DNA of 64,000 bases from an uncultured bacterium. GTDB taxonomy: Bacteria; Verrucomicrobiota; Verrucomicrobiia; Limisphaerales; UBA8199. The translations under genes were made by a program, and so were the position numbers. The notes beneath the pieces were generated by a model that was not told where the DNA came from, made no database searches, and saw only the letters and a program-made list of their open reading frames with translations. The stretch spans positions 416,001-480,000 of the forward strand of contig CAVVMW010000005.1 in assembly GCA_963749495.1 (NCBI GenBank), given 5' to 3'. Positions 19,576 to 30,182 of the stretch are shown here, in pieces; the first letter of the stretch is position 1, and every line of letters starts with the position of its first letter.

Positions 19576-20663
19576 CTACTCAGTCATTGACATAGACTAC
19601 ACTTTTGGCATTAAAAAAAGAACGGAGTAGCTTCCGGTCTTTCTTCAGCTTGGCTAGATCCGCTGCCACTCGCTCCTTGAGCGACTCATTCTGGCGGAGC
19701 GGCTTCCTGGCCACTCCGTTGCCTTTCAAGTAGTTCCACACAAACTCATCGGGATTGAGATCCGGCGCATAGGGAGGCAGAAAATGTAGCTCAAGCCGGC
19801 CTTTGGTGCTGCGAACATACTCCTTGACCGAGTTGGCTATGTGTGCCGGATGGCTATCCAGCACCAGGAATACCTTGTTCCGCTGGCCCCGCATGAGGTC
19901 TTGCAGAAACACGATGAAGTCCCCTTGCTTCAGCGTGTGAGTATAGATTTGGCACCAGAAGGCCCCTTGCATACTCACTGCGCTAATGACATTTACCTTT
20001 TGACGCTGGCCGCTAGTCTTGACTACCGCTTTGTCGCCCTTCAATCCATAGGTCCGCCGTAGATTCGGTTCTGAACTGAATCCCGTCTCGTCCAGAAAGT
20101 AGATCTTCGCCCCGTGTTTACGGGCTCTTTTCTTGAGTTTCGGGAATTCCTCCTTCGTCCACAGCTCGATCCGCACCGGGTCCCGTTCATAAGCGCGCCG
20201 CAAGGGCTTCTGCGGTGTCAAATCTAATTGCGCCAACAACTTACCCACTGAGGTGAGGCATAGTTCGACTTGGAATTTCTTCTGAATCATCGTTTGTACG
20301 ATGCGGCGGGTCCACAGACCAAAATCAAAGCCATACTGACGGGGGTCCTTGCCGACAATCCACCGCTTGACCCTCTGGCGTTGCTTTTCGCTGAGCTTCG
20401 GAGCGGGACCCTCGGCAATCTTCTCGACCAAGGCTTCCAGCCCTTCGTCTTCCACACGTCGGAGCCACGGATAAATGCTGGTGCGGCAAAAGCCCAGGGA
20501 AGCCGCTACCGCGGAAGGTAACTCGCCATCCTCCAGCACCCGCTTGCAGGCGCTTATTCGCAGATGCTCAAGGGTTTTGTGGTCTAGTGTCCGGCCATCA
20601 ATCTTCATCGCGCCGGAAGCATAGCACGCTCAAATAGAGTAGTCAATCCCAATGACTGAGTAG
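19576..20663 (-). mobile_element. IS630-family insertion sequence, apparently intact
   Basis: TACTACTCAGTCATTG at 19574-19589 and its inverse at 20650-20665 (outer TA fits a TA target); lower GC than flanks. Confidence 0.93.
19580..20608 (-). CDS. IS630 transposase (HTH + DDE)
   Basis: FLDETGF, LVLDSHPAH, FLPPYAPDLNPDEFVW. Confidence 0.95.
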   Translation of the reverse strand: MKIDGRTLDHKTLEHLRISACKRVLEDGELPSAVAASLGFCRTSIYPWLRRVEDEGLEALVEKIAEGPAPKLSEKQRQRVKRWIVGKDPRQYGFDFGLWTRRIVQTMIQKKFQVELCLTSVGKLLAQLDLTPQKPLRRAYERDPVRIELWTKEEFPKLKKRARKHGAKIYFLDETGFSSEPNLRRTYGLKGDKAVVKTSGQRQKVNVISAVSMQGAFWCQIYTHTLKQGDFIVFLQDLMRGQRNKVFLVLDSHPAHIANSVKEYVRSTKGRLELHFLPPYAPDLNPDEFVWNYLKGNGVARKPLRQNESLKERVAADLAKLKKDRKLLRSFFNAKSVVYVND

Positions 20664-20901
20664 TAGGGCCTCGACTCTCGTGCTGACGCTTGCCCTTTAG
20701 GCAGGCGCACCCAGGGCGGCTGTGGCTGCGACATGGCCACTTTGGCAGCACCCGATCCGGGTCCAAGTCGCCGCGTGCTGGGGCGCGGGCCCGGCGCCCG
20801 GTTCACTTTGGGGCGGATCCAGCCTTGGACCATGCCCCCCAGGAAACGCTTCGGGACGCCCTCAGGCTCGGAACCTGACAAGAACAGACATCGGAGAATA
20901 T

Positions 20902-23294
20902 ATGAGAACCCCATTCCCAAACAGAACAGCCGCAAGATCACACGCCCCGCGGCCCTTTGCCCGTGCGGGCACGGTTACGGTCTTCGCCGCCCTATCCGCC
21001 GCCTGCCTGGGAGCGCCCACGGCGCAAGCGGCCCACCAGGTCGTGCCAGGTCACGTCCCGCCCTCCCTCGCCGGCGTCCAGGCAACTGGCCACCTATCAC
21101 CCACACAAGAGATGCACGTTATCGTCAGCCTCCCGTTGCGCAACCCGGATGTTCTTGCCGTCCTCCTTAGCCGTATCTACGACCCCGCAGACAGGGCCTA
21201 CCGGAGGTACTTGACGTTCCGAGGAGTTCACGGACCAATTTGGCCCCACCGAGGAGGACTACGAGGCAGTGGCGTCCTTTGCCCAGGCGAACGGTCTGAC
21301 CGTCGGCTACAGGGAGCCCGGCCGCAAGCTGATCGGTATGGATGGAACCGCAGGTGCGGTCGAGGCCGCGTTCCATGTCGCGATGCTCACATACCAACAC
21401 CCGACTGAAGCGCGGACTTGCTTCGCCCCGGACAGCGAGCCATGGGTTGACCTCGACACCCCGATACTCCGCATCAGCGGGCTGGACAATCTGTGCCTCC
21501 CGCCTCCCCCGGTCACAATGTGCGACGGCACGGACCAGGGGCAATACATTGGCATGGACTTCAGGAATGCCTACCTGCCCGGGGTTCAGTTGACGGGCGC
21601 GGGCCAAGTGCTCGCCATAATCTCGGCCTATGGTCCCCATAACATTGAGTCCATCCAAGCCTACGAGGACCTGGCTGTCACCTACTTCCCAGGGCAGTAT
21701 CCGCTCGACGCCAACGGTCACTGGAGGGTGCCAACACTCAGGGCCTTCATGTTCGGATCCTACGACTCGGCCCAGGCTCCGTCGAGCCCAACCTCGACGT
21801 AGAGATGGCCATCGCCATGGCACCAGGTCTCTGGGGGGTCACCAACTACGTCGTGCGGTGGACCACGGACTATCCCGCCGACTACCTCTATGGCCTCAAC
21901 CAGGCGGCGAGCGACAACGTGGCGAAGCAGATCAGTGCCTCAGCGATGTTTCCAAACGACGCCGCAGCGAACCAGATCTACGTTCAGTATCAAGCCCAGG
22001 GCCAGTCCATGTTCTTAGCCTCGGGCGACGCTGGGTACTGCCCGAGCAGCGCGTGCAATTATCCGACAGCGGACGATCCGAACGTGACAATAGTGGGCGG
22101 CACCGCGCTCACAACCGCTGCAGGTGCGTCGTGGCAGTCGGAGAGCGTCTGGAATGCGGGTGGCCGTTCTAGCGGGGGCGGGATCGATTGGCATAACGAT
22201 GCTATACCGTACTGGCAGCAGGGCATCAGCATGTCGCTGAACCAGGGATCGACAACCCTGCGGAACTCACCGGACGTCGCGCTCGTGGCCGAGAACATAG
22301 TGGCGGTTACTGATATTCCTGGCTATGCACCAAAACAGTGGGCGGCATCTGGCACCAGCGCATCGTGCCCCTTGTGGGCAGGCGTTGCGGCACTTATCAA
22401 CCAACAGGCACAAGCGAACGGAAATCCACCGGTCGGGTTCCTTAACCCGGCGCTCTATGCCATAGGCAAGGGACCATCGCAGACCTATCTGTCCTGCTTC
22501 CACGACATCACCAGCGGTAATAACGGCACCTACTCGGCCGTTGCGGGCTATGATCTCTGCACCGGGTGGGGGACGCCGAACGGCTTTCCGCTGATCCGGC
22601 CCTGGCCGGTCCACTCTCGACAATTATTGGCTGGTGGAAAGGTCAGAACAACACAAGTGATTTCATGTGCACCATCGGAAACGGATGTTGCGACGCAGGA
22701 GTCGCTGAGGGGGGGCTGGCGTACGCTGCTGGAGAAGTGGGCAAGGCGTTCAGCTTCAACGGTACGGATGCAGACGTCAAAGTCCCAACCTCCTCTACGC
22801 TAAACCTGGGGGCGGCGGCCGGCCTCACGATTGAACTGTGGGTCAACCCGGCGAACGCTTCGGCCCACGAGCCACTCGTCGAGTGGAACGACGGGTCGAG
22901 CCCTGGCCTGCAATTGTGGCTCTCTGGCAGCGGTGGGTCCGGGTCCCTCTGCGCCAACGTCGTGGACGCAAACGGCGGCTCGCACCCGATTGCCAGCAAT
23001 GCTGGGGCAGTCGCTTCAGCGACATGGCAACATGTGGCCCTGACTTATGACAAAACGAGCGGTTCGGCGTACCTCTACTGCAACGGGGCCGTGGCCGCCT
23101 CAGCGAATCTCGGGGCGAACATCTGCGCCAAGACCTCGGCGAATCTTTACTTCGGCTACCGCCGGAGCAGTGGGAATAGGTTCACCGGCATGATGGACGA
23201 GATCAGCCTCTACAACAGCGCGCTCTCGCAGACGGCGATCCAGGGGATCTACATGTGCGGCAGCGCGGGGAAGGTCCCGCAGATTCCGCAATAA
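20902..23294 (+). CDS. S53 (sedolisin/kumamolisin) serine peptidase with prodomain and C-terminal LamG domain; three frameshifts (~21217, ~21778, ~22598)
   Basis: Prodomain YLTSEEFxxxFGP; catalytic EPNLDVE, ASGDAG and SGTSASCPLWAG; YDLCTGWGTP; LamG WQHVALTYD...MDEISLYN. Confidence 0.85.
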
Positions 23295-23335
23295 CGAGAG
23301 GTCGTCCGGGGAGAGTGTGAGTCCGAGAAGGGGGG

Positions 23336-24418
23336 TCATGAACCCCTCCCGAGGACACGCTCTATTTCGTTCTGGTTGGTGAGGCCGGATTGGACGAGGC
23401 GAAGGGCGGACTGGGCCAGCGAGGGGGTGGCGGCCAGGCGGTCCAACTGGCCGGCGGCAAGGCAGCGGCGCAACCCGTCGTTCCAGCGCAGCCATTCGAC
23501 CAGCGGCAGGCGGCCCCGGTAGCCCGTGTTCAGGCAGTTGGGGCAGCCCTGGCCGGAGCAGGCGGAACAGAGGCGCCGGACCAGGCGCTGGTTGAGGACC
23601 AGTTCGAGGGACGAGGCGACCGCCGAATGATCGGGGCACAAGACCAGGAGCCGCTCGAATACGCCACGGCATGAGCCGGCGTGGAGGGTCGAGATCACCA
23701 GGTGCCCGGTCAGGGCGGCGCGCACGGCCAGGTTGGCCGTTTCGTCGTCGCGGATTTCGCCAATCACCAGGACCTGCGGGTCCTGGCGCAGCAGGTGCCG
23801 GGCGGCCTTGGCGAAATCGAGGCCGCGCGCTTCGTTGACCTCGGTTTGCATGATGCCGGGGAGGATCTGCTCGGCGGGGTCTTCGACGGTGATGACGTGG
23901 CGTCCGCCGCTTTGGGCCAGGTGGCGCAGGCAGGCATAGATGGTGGTGGTCTTGCCGCTGCCGGCCGGGCCGGTCAGCAGGAGCAGCCCGGCGGTTTGGG
24001 CCAGGAACCGCTCCAATGCGCTGCGCGCGGCCTCGGGCAATTCCAGCTCGGAGAGGGTCTTGACCGTTGCGCCATGGAAGAGGCGAAGCACAATCTTCTC
24101 CCCGGTCACCGTCGGATAGGTGGCGACCCGGATGTCGCTCCGAGCGTTCAAAGCGGCTTTATCGATGCGACCGTCCTGGGGCAGCGACTCCTGATAGGTC
24201 TTGAGCCGGGCCAGGAACTTGATCCGGCCAAAGACCCGCTCGGCCAGTTCTGCCGGCAGGGCCCCGGCCGGGGCCATTACTCCGTCGAGGCGAAAGGCGA
24301 CCGTTGCGGGCCCATTCTGTATGTGCAGATGGATGTCGCTGGCCTGCGCGCGCTCGGCCTGCTGGACCAGGCGCTCGAGGGTCGCGGGGGCGCTGTCTAG
24401 GGCATCATTCGATTGCAT
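23336..24418 (-). CDS. GspE/PilB-family assembly ATPase, short form without N-terminal domain
   Basis: ASDIH, PQDGR, TGPAGSGKTTT, LLRQDPQVLVIGEIRD, TGHLVISTLH, Cys motifs, GYRGR. Confidence 0.92.
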   Translation of the reverse strand: MQSNDALDSAPATLERLVQQAERAQASDIHLHIQNGPATVAFRLDGVMAPAGALPAELAERVFGRIKFLARLKTYQESLPQDGRIDKAALNARSDIRVATYPTVTGEKIVLRLFHGATVKTLSELELPEAARSALERFLAQTAGLLLLTGPAGSGKTTTIYACLRHLAQSGGRHVITVEDPAEQILPGIMQTEVNEARGLDFAKAARHLLRQDPQVLVIGEIRDDETANLAVRAALTGHLVISTLHAGSCRGVFERLLVLCPDHSAVASSLELVLNQRLVRRLCSACSGQGCPNCLNTGYRGRLPLVEWLRWNDGLRRCLAAGQLDRLAATPSLAQSALRLVQSGLTNQNEIERVLGRGS

Positions 24419-24432
24419 GGGAGCGAAGGTAG

Positions 24433-24644
24433 CGAATGACGAATGACGAATGACGAATGAGGAATGACGAATGACGAATGACGAATGACGAATGACGAAA
24501 CGGCGAAGCTCCCAGGCGAGTGAAATGTGGTGTTTGCGCCATACGCGCAGAATAGAGAAACTCCGCCGAAAGCCAAGCCGAACCGAATTGGTCCGCGCAG
24601 GGCATTTTCTTCAATTCGTCATTCGTCATTCGTCATTCGTCATT
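24433..24644. repeat. Inverted heptamer arrays (GAATGAC)x~9 ... (ATTCGTC)x4 around a ~115 bp spacer
   Basis: Read directly. Confidence 0.92.
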
Positions 24645-24652
24645 TCGAAGGC

Positions 24653-25228
24653 TCACCCCAGCACCCGATCCCGCTCGGCTCCGGTTAACTCACGCCACTG
24701 CCCGGGCGCCAAGGCGCCCAGGGTGAGGCGGCCGATGCGGATGCGGATCAGGCGGAGCGTCGGGTGGCCGATGGCGGCGGTCATGCGGCGGACCTGCCGG
24801 TTTTTGCCCTCGACCAACTCGAGGCCGAGCCAGCAGGTGGGCACGGACTTGCGAAAGCGGATGGGCGGGGTGCGCGGCGGCAACTCCGGTTGCGGCTGGA
24901 GCACCCAGGCGCGGCAGGGCAAGGTCCGCCGGCCCTGCACGACCAGACCTTGCCGGAGGCGCTCCAACGCGCGCGGGGCGGGGATGCGCTCGACCTGGGC
25001 CCAGTATTCGCGTGAGTGGGCATGGCGCGGGTGGAGCAACCGCTCGTTGAGTCCGCCCTCATCGCTGAGCAGGAGCAAACCTTCCGAGCCGGCATCGAGC
25101 CGGCCGATGGGATAGACCCGCTTGGGGAACCCGAATTGGGCCAGCGTGGGGCAGGCCGAACCGTCAGGGGCGAATTGCGAGGCGACGCCGTATGGTTTGT
25201 TGAACGCGATCAACACCGCCAAGAGCAT
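24653..25228 (-). CDS. rluE: rRNA pseudouridine synthase, RluE/RsuA family
   Basis: FNKPYGV, GRLDAGSEGLLLL, PPIRFRKSVPT, EGKNRQVRRMTAAIGHPTLRLIR. Confidence 0.88.
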   Translation of the reverse strand: MLLAVLIAFNKPYGVASQFAPDGSACPTLAQFGFPKRVYPIGRLDAGSEGLLLLSDEGGLNERLLHPRHAHSREYWAQVERIPAPRALERLRQGLVVQGRRTLPCRAWVLQPQPELPPRTPPIRFRKSVPTCWLGLELVEGKNRQVRRMTAAIGHPTLRLIRIRIGRLTLGALAPGQWRELTGAERDRVLG

Positions 25229-25252
25229 AGGACGCGCAGAGACGAGTGTCGA

Positions 25253-25424
25253 GGGACGAGGGACGAGGGACGGGGGCGGGGGACGTGAAACGTGAAACGT
25301 GAAACGCCGCCGCTGGTCCCCTGACATCGGCTATCGGCCACCGGCTATCGGCTATCCACGCTTCAACCTCGCCCCTCGGCCCACGTCTCACGTTTCGTTT
25401 CACGCTTCACGTTTCACGTTTCAC
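25253..25424. repeat. Mosaic of heptamer repeats (GGGACGA, GTGAAAC, GGCTATC, TTTCACG)
   Basis: Several different 7-mers in tandem in one intergenic region. Confidence 0.85.
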
Positions 25425-25551
25425 GCGCCTCATCCCTCGACCCTCGGTTTTCCGCGTGACGCATTGGATTCAGCGCTGTCCAATTTCCATAGACAAGTCA
25501 TGAAACTGAGACTGAGTTAGTGAGACCTGAGATTATTGGTGTGCCACGGCC

Positions 25552-26535
25552 ATGAACTACGACGAATTCGCTTTTTTTAACCAGCAGCTTGCGGCGATGC
25601 TGCGGGAGGGCATTCCGCTGGAGGGCGCGCTCAGGCAATTGTCGGCGGGGATGCGGGGCGGCCCGTTGCGCGCGGAGGTGCAAAAGCTGGAGGAGGACCT
25701 GGCGCGAGGCACGCCGCTCAAGGACGCCCTGGGGAGGCGTTCGCTGCCCGGGTTCTACGTGCGGATGGTCGAGGCGGGCGCCCGGAGCAATGACCTGCCG
25801 GGCATGCTCACCTTGCTGGCGGACCATTACCACCGGGCCAATGCACTCTGGGCTCGTCTCAAGGGCCTGCTGGTCTATCCGGTGATAGTGATCCTGCTGT
25901 CGCTGGGCCTGACCGCCGTACTCTCGGTGCTATTCGCCCGGTTCATGGGCGAGTTTTTCAACAACCTGGGCGCGTTGCGGCCCGGCGGCGCGGCTGCGGT
26001 GGTGGCGGCGGTGTTCATGCCGCCCATCCTGCTGGCCCTGGCAGGGGCGGCAGTGATTGCCGCGCTCTCGGTCCCGAAATGGCGCGCGCGGTTGCGCTGG
26101 CGGCTGCCCGCCTTCCGCGAGGCGAGCCTCTCGCAACTGGCCTCGGCCATCGCCCTGGCCCTGCGCAACGGCACGCCCCTGCCCGAGGCGCTCGCGCTGG
26201 CCGCGACCCTCGAGGCCGATACTCCCGCCGAGACGGTCCTCGCCCGATGGCGCTCCCTGGTCGAGGCCGGCCAGGGCAAGCCCTCCCAATGGCCGGCCCG
26301 GCGCCCCTTCCCGCCCCTGTTCCTGTGGCTGGTGCAGCAAGGTGACGAGGACATCGCCGCCGGATTCCAAAAGGCGGCCGACCTCTACCGCGCCCGCGCT
26401 GCCTACCGGGCGGAACTGGCCCTCTACGGCGCCCTGCCCGTTTCGGTCCTGCTCCTGGGCCTGATGGTCTTCTGGCAGGCGGTGCCCCTGCTCCAGTCCT
26501 TTGTCTGGCTCATGAACACGCTGGGAAGCTACTGA
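25552..26535 (+). CDS. GspF/PilC-family platform protein
   Basis: FNQQLAAMLREGIPL, MVEAG..S.DL, LVYP followed by a TM segment. Confidence 0.85.
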   Translation: MNYDEFAFFNQQLAAMLREGIPLEGALRQLSAGMRGGPLRAEVQKLEEDLARGTPLKDALGRRSLPGFYVRMVEAGARSNDLPGMLTLLADHYHRANALWARLKGLLVYPVIVILLSLGLTAVLSVLFARFMGEFFNNLGALRPGGAAAVVAAVFMPPILLALAGAAVIAALSVPKWRARLRWRLPAFREASLSQLASAIALALRNGTPLPEALALAATLEADTPAETVLARWRSLVEAGQGKPSQWPARRPFPPLFLWLVQQGDEDIAAGFQKAADLYRARAAYRAELALYGALPVSVLLLGLMVFWQAVPLLQSFVWLMNTLGSY

Positions 26536-26540
26536 CAACC

Positions 26541-27737
26541 ATGAGTGAGAGTCTGGCCCAATTCTTCGGTTCCGACCCGCTTTCGACGGTCCTGAGCGCG
26601 GCGCTGTTCTTTGTCCTTTACGTCATGCTGGGCTTGGCGCCGATTTGTGCGGTGCTCTACCTGGTTTATTTTCTGCTCACGCTGCCGTTGCGTCGGAACG
26701 AGCGGGCGCGGGTGTTTGTTGACCTGCTGGAGGTGGGCCTCAAGCAGGGACGCACCCCGGAGGCGGCCATCCTCGGGGCTGCCTCCAGCCGCGACCCGGC
26801 CCTGGGGGCGCGCTTCCACCTCCTGAGCGCGTATCTGGAGCAGGGGGTGCGGCTTAGCGCCGCGCTCCAGCGCGTGCCGCGCCTGCTCCCCCGCCAACTG
26901 GGCGCCATGCTCCAAACCGGCGAGCGCATCGGCGACCTCACCAAGGTCCTGCCCGCCTGCCGCCGGTTCCTCGAAGACGGCGTCTCGCGCGTCCGGGGCG
27001 CCCTCAACTATGTCCTCGTGATCGCCTTTGCCATCACGCCGTTCTTCATCCTTCTGCCGGTTTTCTTCCAGAACACGATCCTCCCGAAATTCAAGGAGGT
27101 CTTTGCCGGTCTGGCCGAGGGCGAGCAACTGCCAGCCTTCAGCCGGTTGGTCTTGGGCAACAGCGCCTGGGTAACGACGTTTCAGGCGGGGTTGATCTGC
27201 CTGCTGTGGCTGGCGGGGCTGATTTATGTGGCGGGGCCGCGCGCAGGCGGCTGGGTTGGCCGTCTGGCCCCGGGCCTGCCGGACTGGGTGGTGTGCCGCC
27301 TGCCCTGGCGGAGAAAGCGCTTGCAACGGGATTTCTCGGCCATGCTAGCGGTGCTGCTCGACGCCGAAGTGCCCGAGCCCGAGGCTGTGACCCTGGCCGC
27401 GGAGGCCACCGCCAACCGCGTGATGAAGCGGCGCGCGGCAACGGTGTGCCGCCTGTTGAACCAGGGCACCAGGCTCCCCGAGGCCGTCCGGGCCATGGAC
27501 GACACCGGGGAACTGCACTGGCGGCTCTCCAACGCCCTGCACCACCGGGGCGGTTTCGTGCGCGCCCTCGCCGGCTGGCACGATGCCCTGGAGGCCAAGG
27601 CCTTCCAGTTGGAGCAAAGCGCCGCCCAGGTTGCCACCACCCTCCTGGTCCTGCTCAACGGCGCCATCGTCGCCTCCATTGTCATTGCCGTCTTTCTGGT
27701 CATCATCCACCTCATCAACACCGCCAACTTATGGTAG
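26541..27737 (+). CDS. Second GspF/PilC-family platform protein
   Basis: G.RLSAAL, AMLQTGERIGDL, ILPKFKEVF..LP..SR, DFSAMLAVLLDA. Confidence 0.85.
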   Translation: MSESLAQFFGSDPLSTVLSAALFFVLYVMLGLAPICAVLYLVYFLLTLPLRRNERARVFVDLLEVGLKQGRTPEAAILGAASSRDPALGARFHLLSAYLEQGVRLSAALQRVPRLLPRQLGAMLQTGERIGDLTKVLPACRRFLEDGVSRVRGALNYVLVIAFAITPFFILLPVFFQNTILPKFKEVFAGLAEGEQLPAFSRLVLGNSAWVTTFQAGLICLLWLAGLIYVAGPRAGGWVGRLAPGLPDWVVCRLPWRRKRLQRDFSAMLAVLLDAEVPEPEAVTLAAEATANRVMKRRAATVCRLLNQGTRLPEAVRAMDDTGELHWRLSNALHHRGGFVRALAGWHDALEAKAFQLEQSAAQVATTLLVLLNGAIVASIVIAVFLVIIHLINTANLW

Positions 27738-27888
27738 AGCCTGTCCCCAAAGCTCCGATTTCGAGCCTTTGTCGCAACCTTTGTCGCAACCTTTGTCGTC
27801 AACTTTGGCGACAAGTGGCCAATCCGACAAAGGCTTCGACAAAGGTTCCGACAAAGGTCTCAGAATTCGCCGTTTCCGGGACAGGCTC
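27737..27888. mobile_element. MITE with GAGCCTGTCCC TIRs, 7 bp TSD (TATGGTA) and an internal 12 bp-unit palindrome
   Basis: TIRs at 27737-27747 and 27878-27888; TATGGTA at 27730-27736 and 27889-27895. Confidence 0.88.
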
Positions 27889-27889
27889 T

Positions 27890-28270
27890 ATGGTAATTCA
27901 AATCCCCGGCCCATCCGCCCGCCAGCGCGGCGCGCTCTTGATCGAACTCCTGGTGGCCATGGGCCTGCTGACGGGCGCCCTGCTGCCTTTGGCCTACTCG
28001 ATTTCATCGGAACGGCGTCTGGCCCGCGCCTGCTACCAGCGCGCGGTCGCTATGGAGATCGTGGACGGCGAGGCCGAGGCCCTGGCCGCAGGCGAATGGC
28101 GCGCCTTTTCCCCCGGCAGCCAGGAATATCATCCCCGCGCCGGCGCCGCCGTTAACCTGCCCCCGGGCAAATTCCTGCTCACCATCCAAGACAGAAAGCT
28201 GCGCCTGGAATGGACTCCGTCGGTCAAGCGCCACGGCGGCCCCGTGGCTCGGGAGGCGAGCGTGGAGTGA
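27890..28270 (+). CDS. Prepilin-like (pseudopilin) protein
   Basis: Class III signal RQRG|ALLIELLVAM with E5. Confidence 0.8.
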   Translation: MVIQIPGPSARQRGALLIELLVAMGLLTGALLPLAYSISSERRLARACYQRAVAMEIVDGEAEALAAGEWRAFSPGSQEYHPRAGAAVNLPPGKFLLTIQDRKLRLEWTPSVKRHGGPVAREASVE

Positions 28271-28328
28271 AACGTGAAACCTGAAACGTGAAACGTGAAA
28301 CAGAACCCTGAACCCTGAACCCCGAACC

Positions 28329-28835
28329 ATGAGAGTCAACATCAGGCCGCAGCGCAGGACCCAGGACGGCTATCTCCTGATCGAGGCCCTGGTTTATATC
28401 GGCATTGTCGGGATGCTGGTGGGTCTTGCCGGCATCATGCTGCTGCGGTGCATCGATAGCTCGGTCGCCCTGCGCCGCAGCGCCGACCAAATCTCCGCCG
28501 CCCTCCAGGCAGGGGAACTTTGGCGCGCGGACGTGCGGGCGGGCGGCAGCAAGGCCCGCATCGAGGCAAACGGCGGCGAGCAGACCCTCTGCCTGCCCTC
28601 GCCACGGGGCGAGGTGGCCTACCGGTTTTCGTCCAAGGCCGTCTTCCGGCGCATCGGCCAAGGCCCGTGGGTCCGTTTCCTGGACAACGTCAGGGCCTCG
28701 ACCATGGAACCCGACCAACGCCGCAATGTGACCGTGTGGCACTGGGAACTCGAACTGCAGCCCCGGGCCAAGGGCGTCGTCAGGCCCAGCCGAATTCGCC
28801 CACTCTTCACCTTCCTAGCCGTGCCCAAACCATGA
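28329..28835 (+). CDS. Prepilin-like (GspJ/PilW-like) protein
   Basis: QDG|YLLIEALVYIGIV class III signal. Confidence 0.8.
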   Translation: MRVNIRPQRRTQDGYLLIEALVYIGIVGMLVGLAGIMLLRCIDSSVALRRSADQISAALQAGELWRADVRAGGSKARIEANGGEQTLCLPSPRGEVAYRFSSKAVFRRIGQGPWVRFLDNVRASTMEPDQRRNVTVWHWELELQPRAKGVVRPSRIRPLFTFLAVPKP

Positions 28836-29122
28836 AAATGCCGCTTCATTCCGTTCCGATTCATCGCCCCGCGGCGTCGCGCCGGGGCCAGCGCGGCACA
28901 GCGGTGATGGTCGTCCTGTTTTGCCTGGCCATCGTCTTCGCCTATCTCGCCATCAACGCCCGCACCCTTCATTACCTGGGCCGCGAGCTCAGGCTCATCG
29001 AACGCCAGCAAACCCGGCGCCTTGCCGCCCCGCCGCCCCAAGTGAAGGGGCGGAGTGCGGGACAGCCTCCGCAGGCCCCGATGCCCGTTCCGTCCGGAAC
29101 GGGGCGCGAGACAAAAAAGTGA
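28832..29122 (+). CDS. Small PilX/GspK/ComGG-like prepilin lacking E5
   Basis: ATGA overlap with the previous gene; QRG|TAVMVVLFCLAIV. Confidence 0.65.
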   Translation: MKMPLHSVPIHRPAASRRGQRGTAVMVVLFCLAIVFAYLAINARTLHYLGRELRLIERQQTRRLAAPPPQVKGRSAGQPPQAPMPVPSGTGRETKK

Positions 29123-29195
29123 CCACGTCATAGAGAGCCCGGGCAGGACGACCTGGGCCGCGCAGTTGAGTTCACACGCAACGGACGCATTGGCG

Positions 29196-29456
29196 TCAAA
29201 CGTGCGAATGGGAATCGGCGGAGCGGTCAGGTGGAGCGGGAGGCGGTTCTTCTTTCAGGGCGGGGCTTAGAGCAGCTTCGCGCCGGCGTTCCTGGTTCGC
29301 CACGTAGAGGCGCAGTTCATCGGCCGACCGGATCAGCGCCCCCGGCTGCCGGGCTTCCGCTGCGCGCAGTTCGGCGAAGATGCGGCCGATGTCGTAGCCC
29401 GCCTCGCGCGACAGGTCGTCTTTCACCTGCCAAAGCTCTTCAAGCAGAGGATTCAT
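29196..29456 (-). CDS. Small hypothetical protein, antitoxin-like
   Basis: NPLLEELWQVKDDLSREAGYDIGRIF resembles small proteins usually found next to PIN-domain genes; no partner seen. Confidence 0.5.
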   Translation of the reverse strand: MNPLLEELWQVKDDLSREAGYDIGRIFAELRAAEARQPGALIRSADELRLYVANQERRREAALSPALKEEPPPAPPDRSADSHSHV

Positions 29457-29768
29457 TTTAAACGGTTTCCATTTGCCCGATGGCCGAACTCTAGACCGCC
29501 CAAGCTGCGTTGGTCAAGAACCACCAAAGAGCCCAGCTTCACGACTTTACCCGAACCAAGGAGAGTGTTTCGGCGACAGGTCAACCCACGGTGTTTCGGC
29601 GACGAGTCAGCCCATAGCACGTTTCGTTGCTCGAGGACAGCCTGGCAAGAACACCCTGGGAACGGATGCAGGCCAATGATGATGCGTTGCGGTTCGCTGA
29701 TTCCCTCCGCGGCGCGACCGAAAAGCTTTCTTCAATCATCGGCACGCACGACATTTACAGGGGCTGAG

Positions 29769-30182
29769 TCAAAGGGCTTGAGCGGCGAGTTGAGGGCTCT
29801 CCATCAGTTCGAGCCAATCCCAGGACCACTTGCTTTTTCGGGCGGCGCGCTGGCGGAGGCGCGCGGACAATCGGTTGTTTTCGTCCGCCAGCGCCCTCAC
29901 GAGCAGTTGGTGTGGTCGTGGGAGCAAGGGAATGATTTCTGCCAGGCCCGTCTCTTCCGGCACACGCAGGCGCCGAGCCAGCCGGCGTTGGACTTGCTCC
30001 CGCCTGCGTTGAGCCCGCTCGATAACCCCCTCTTGCTCCTGGAGCGCTTTGAGCTTTGTTCGCGCTGCTTGCGCCGCGTTCTGCGTGAGGTGTGATTCCG
30101 CCTCATCACATCGGGCCAACATCTCCCCATACTGCTGTAATTCTCTGCGGAGCGCCTCGATCAAGTCGGTCAGGTATGTCAT
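29769..30182 (-). CDS. FlgN-like flagellar export chaperone
   Basis: All-helical LIEALRRELQQYGEMLA...I..AQRRREQ...L..ENNRL pattern; fold-level call only. Confidence 0.6.
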   Translation of the reverse strand: MTYLTDLIEALRRELQQYGEMLARCDEAESHLTQNAAQAARTKLKALQEQEGVIERAQRRREQVQRRLARRLRVPEETGLAEIIPLLPRPHQLLVRALADENNRLSARLRQRAARKSKWSWDWLELMESPQLAAQAL

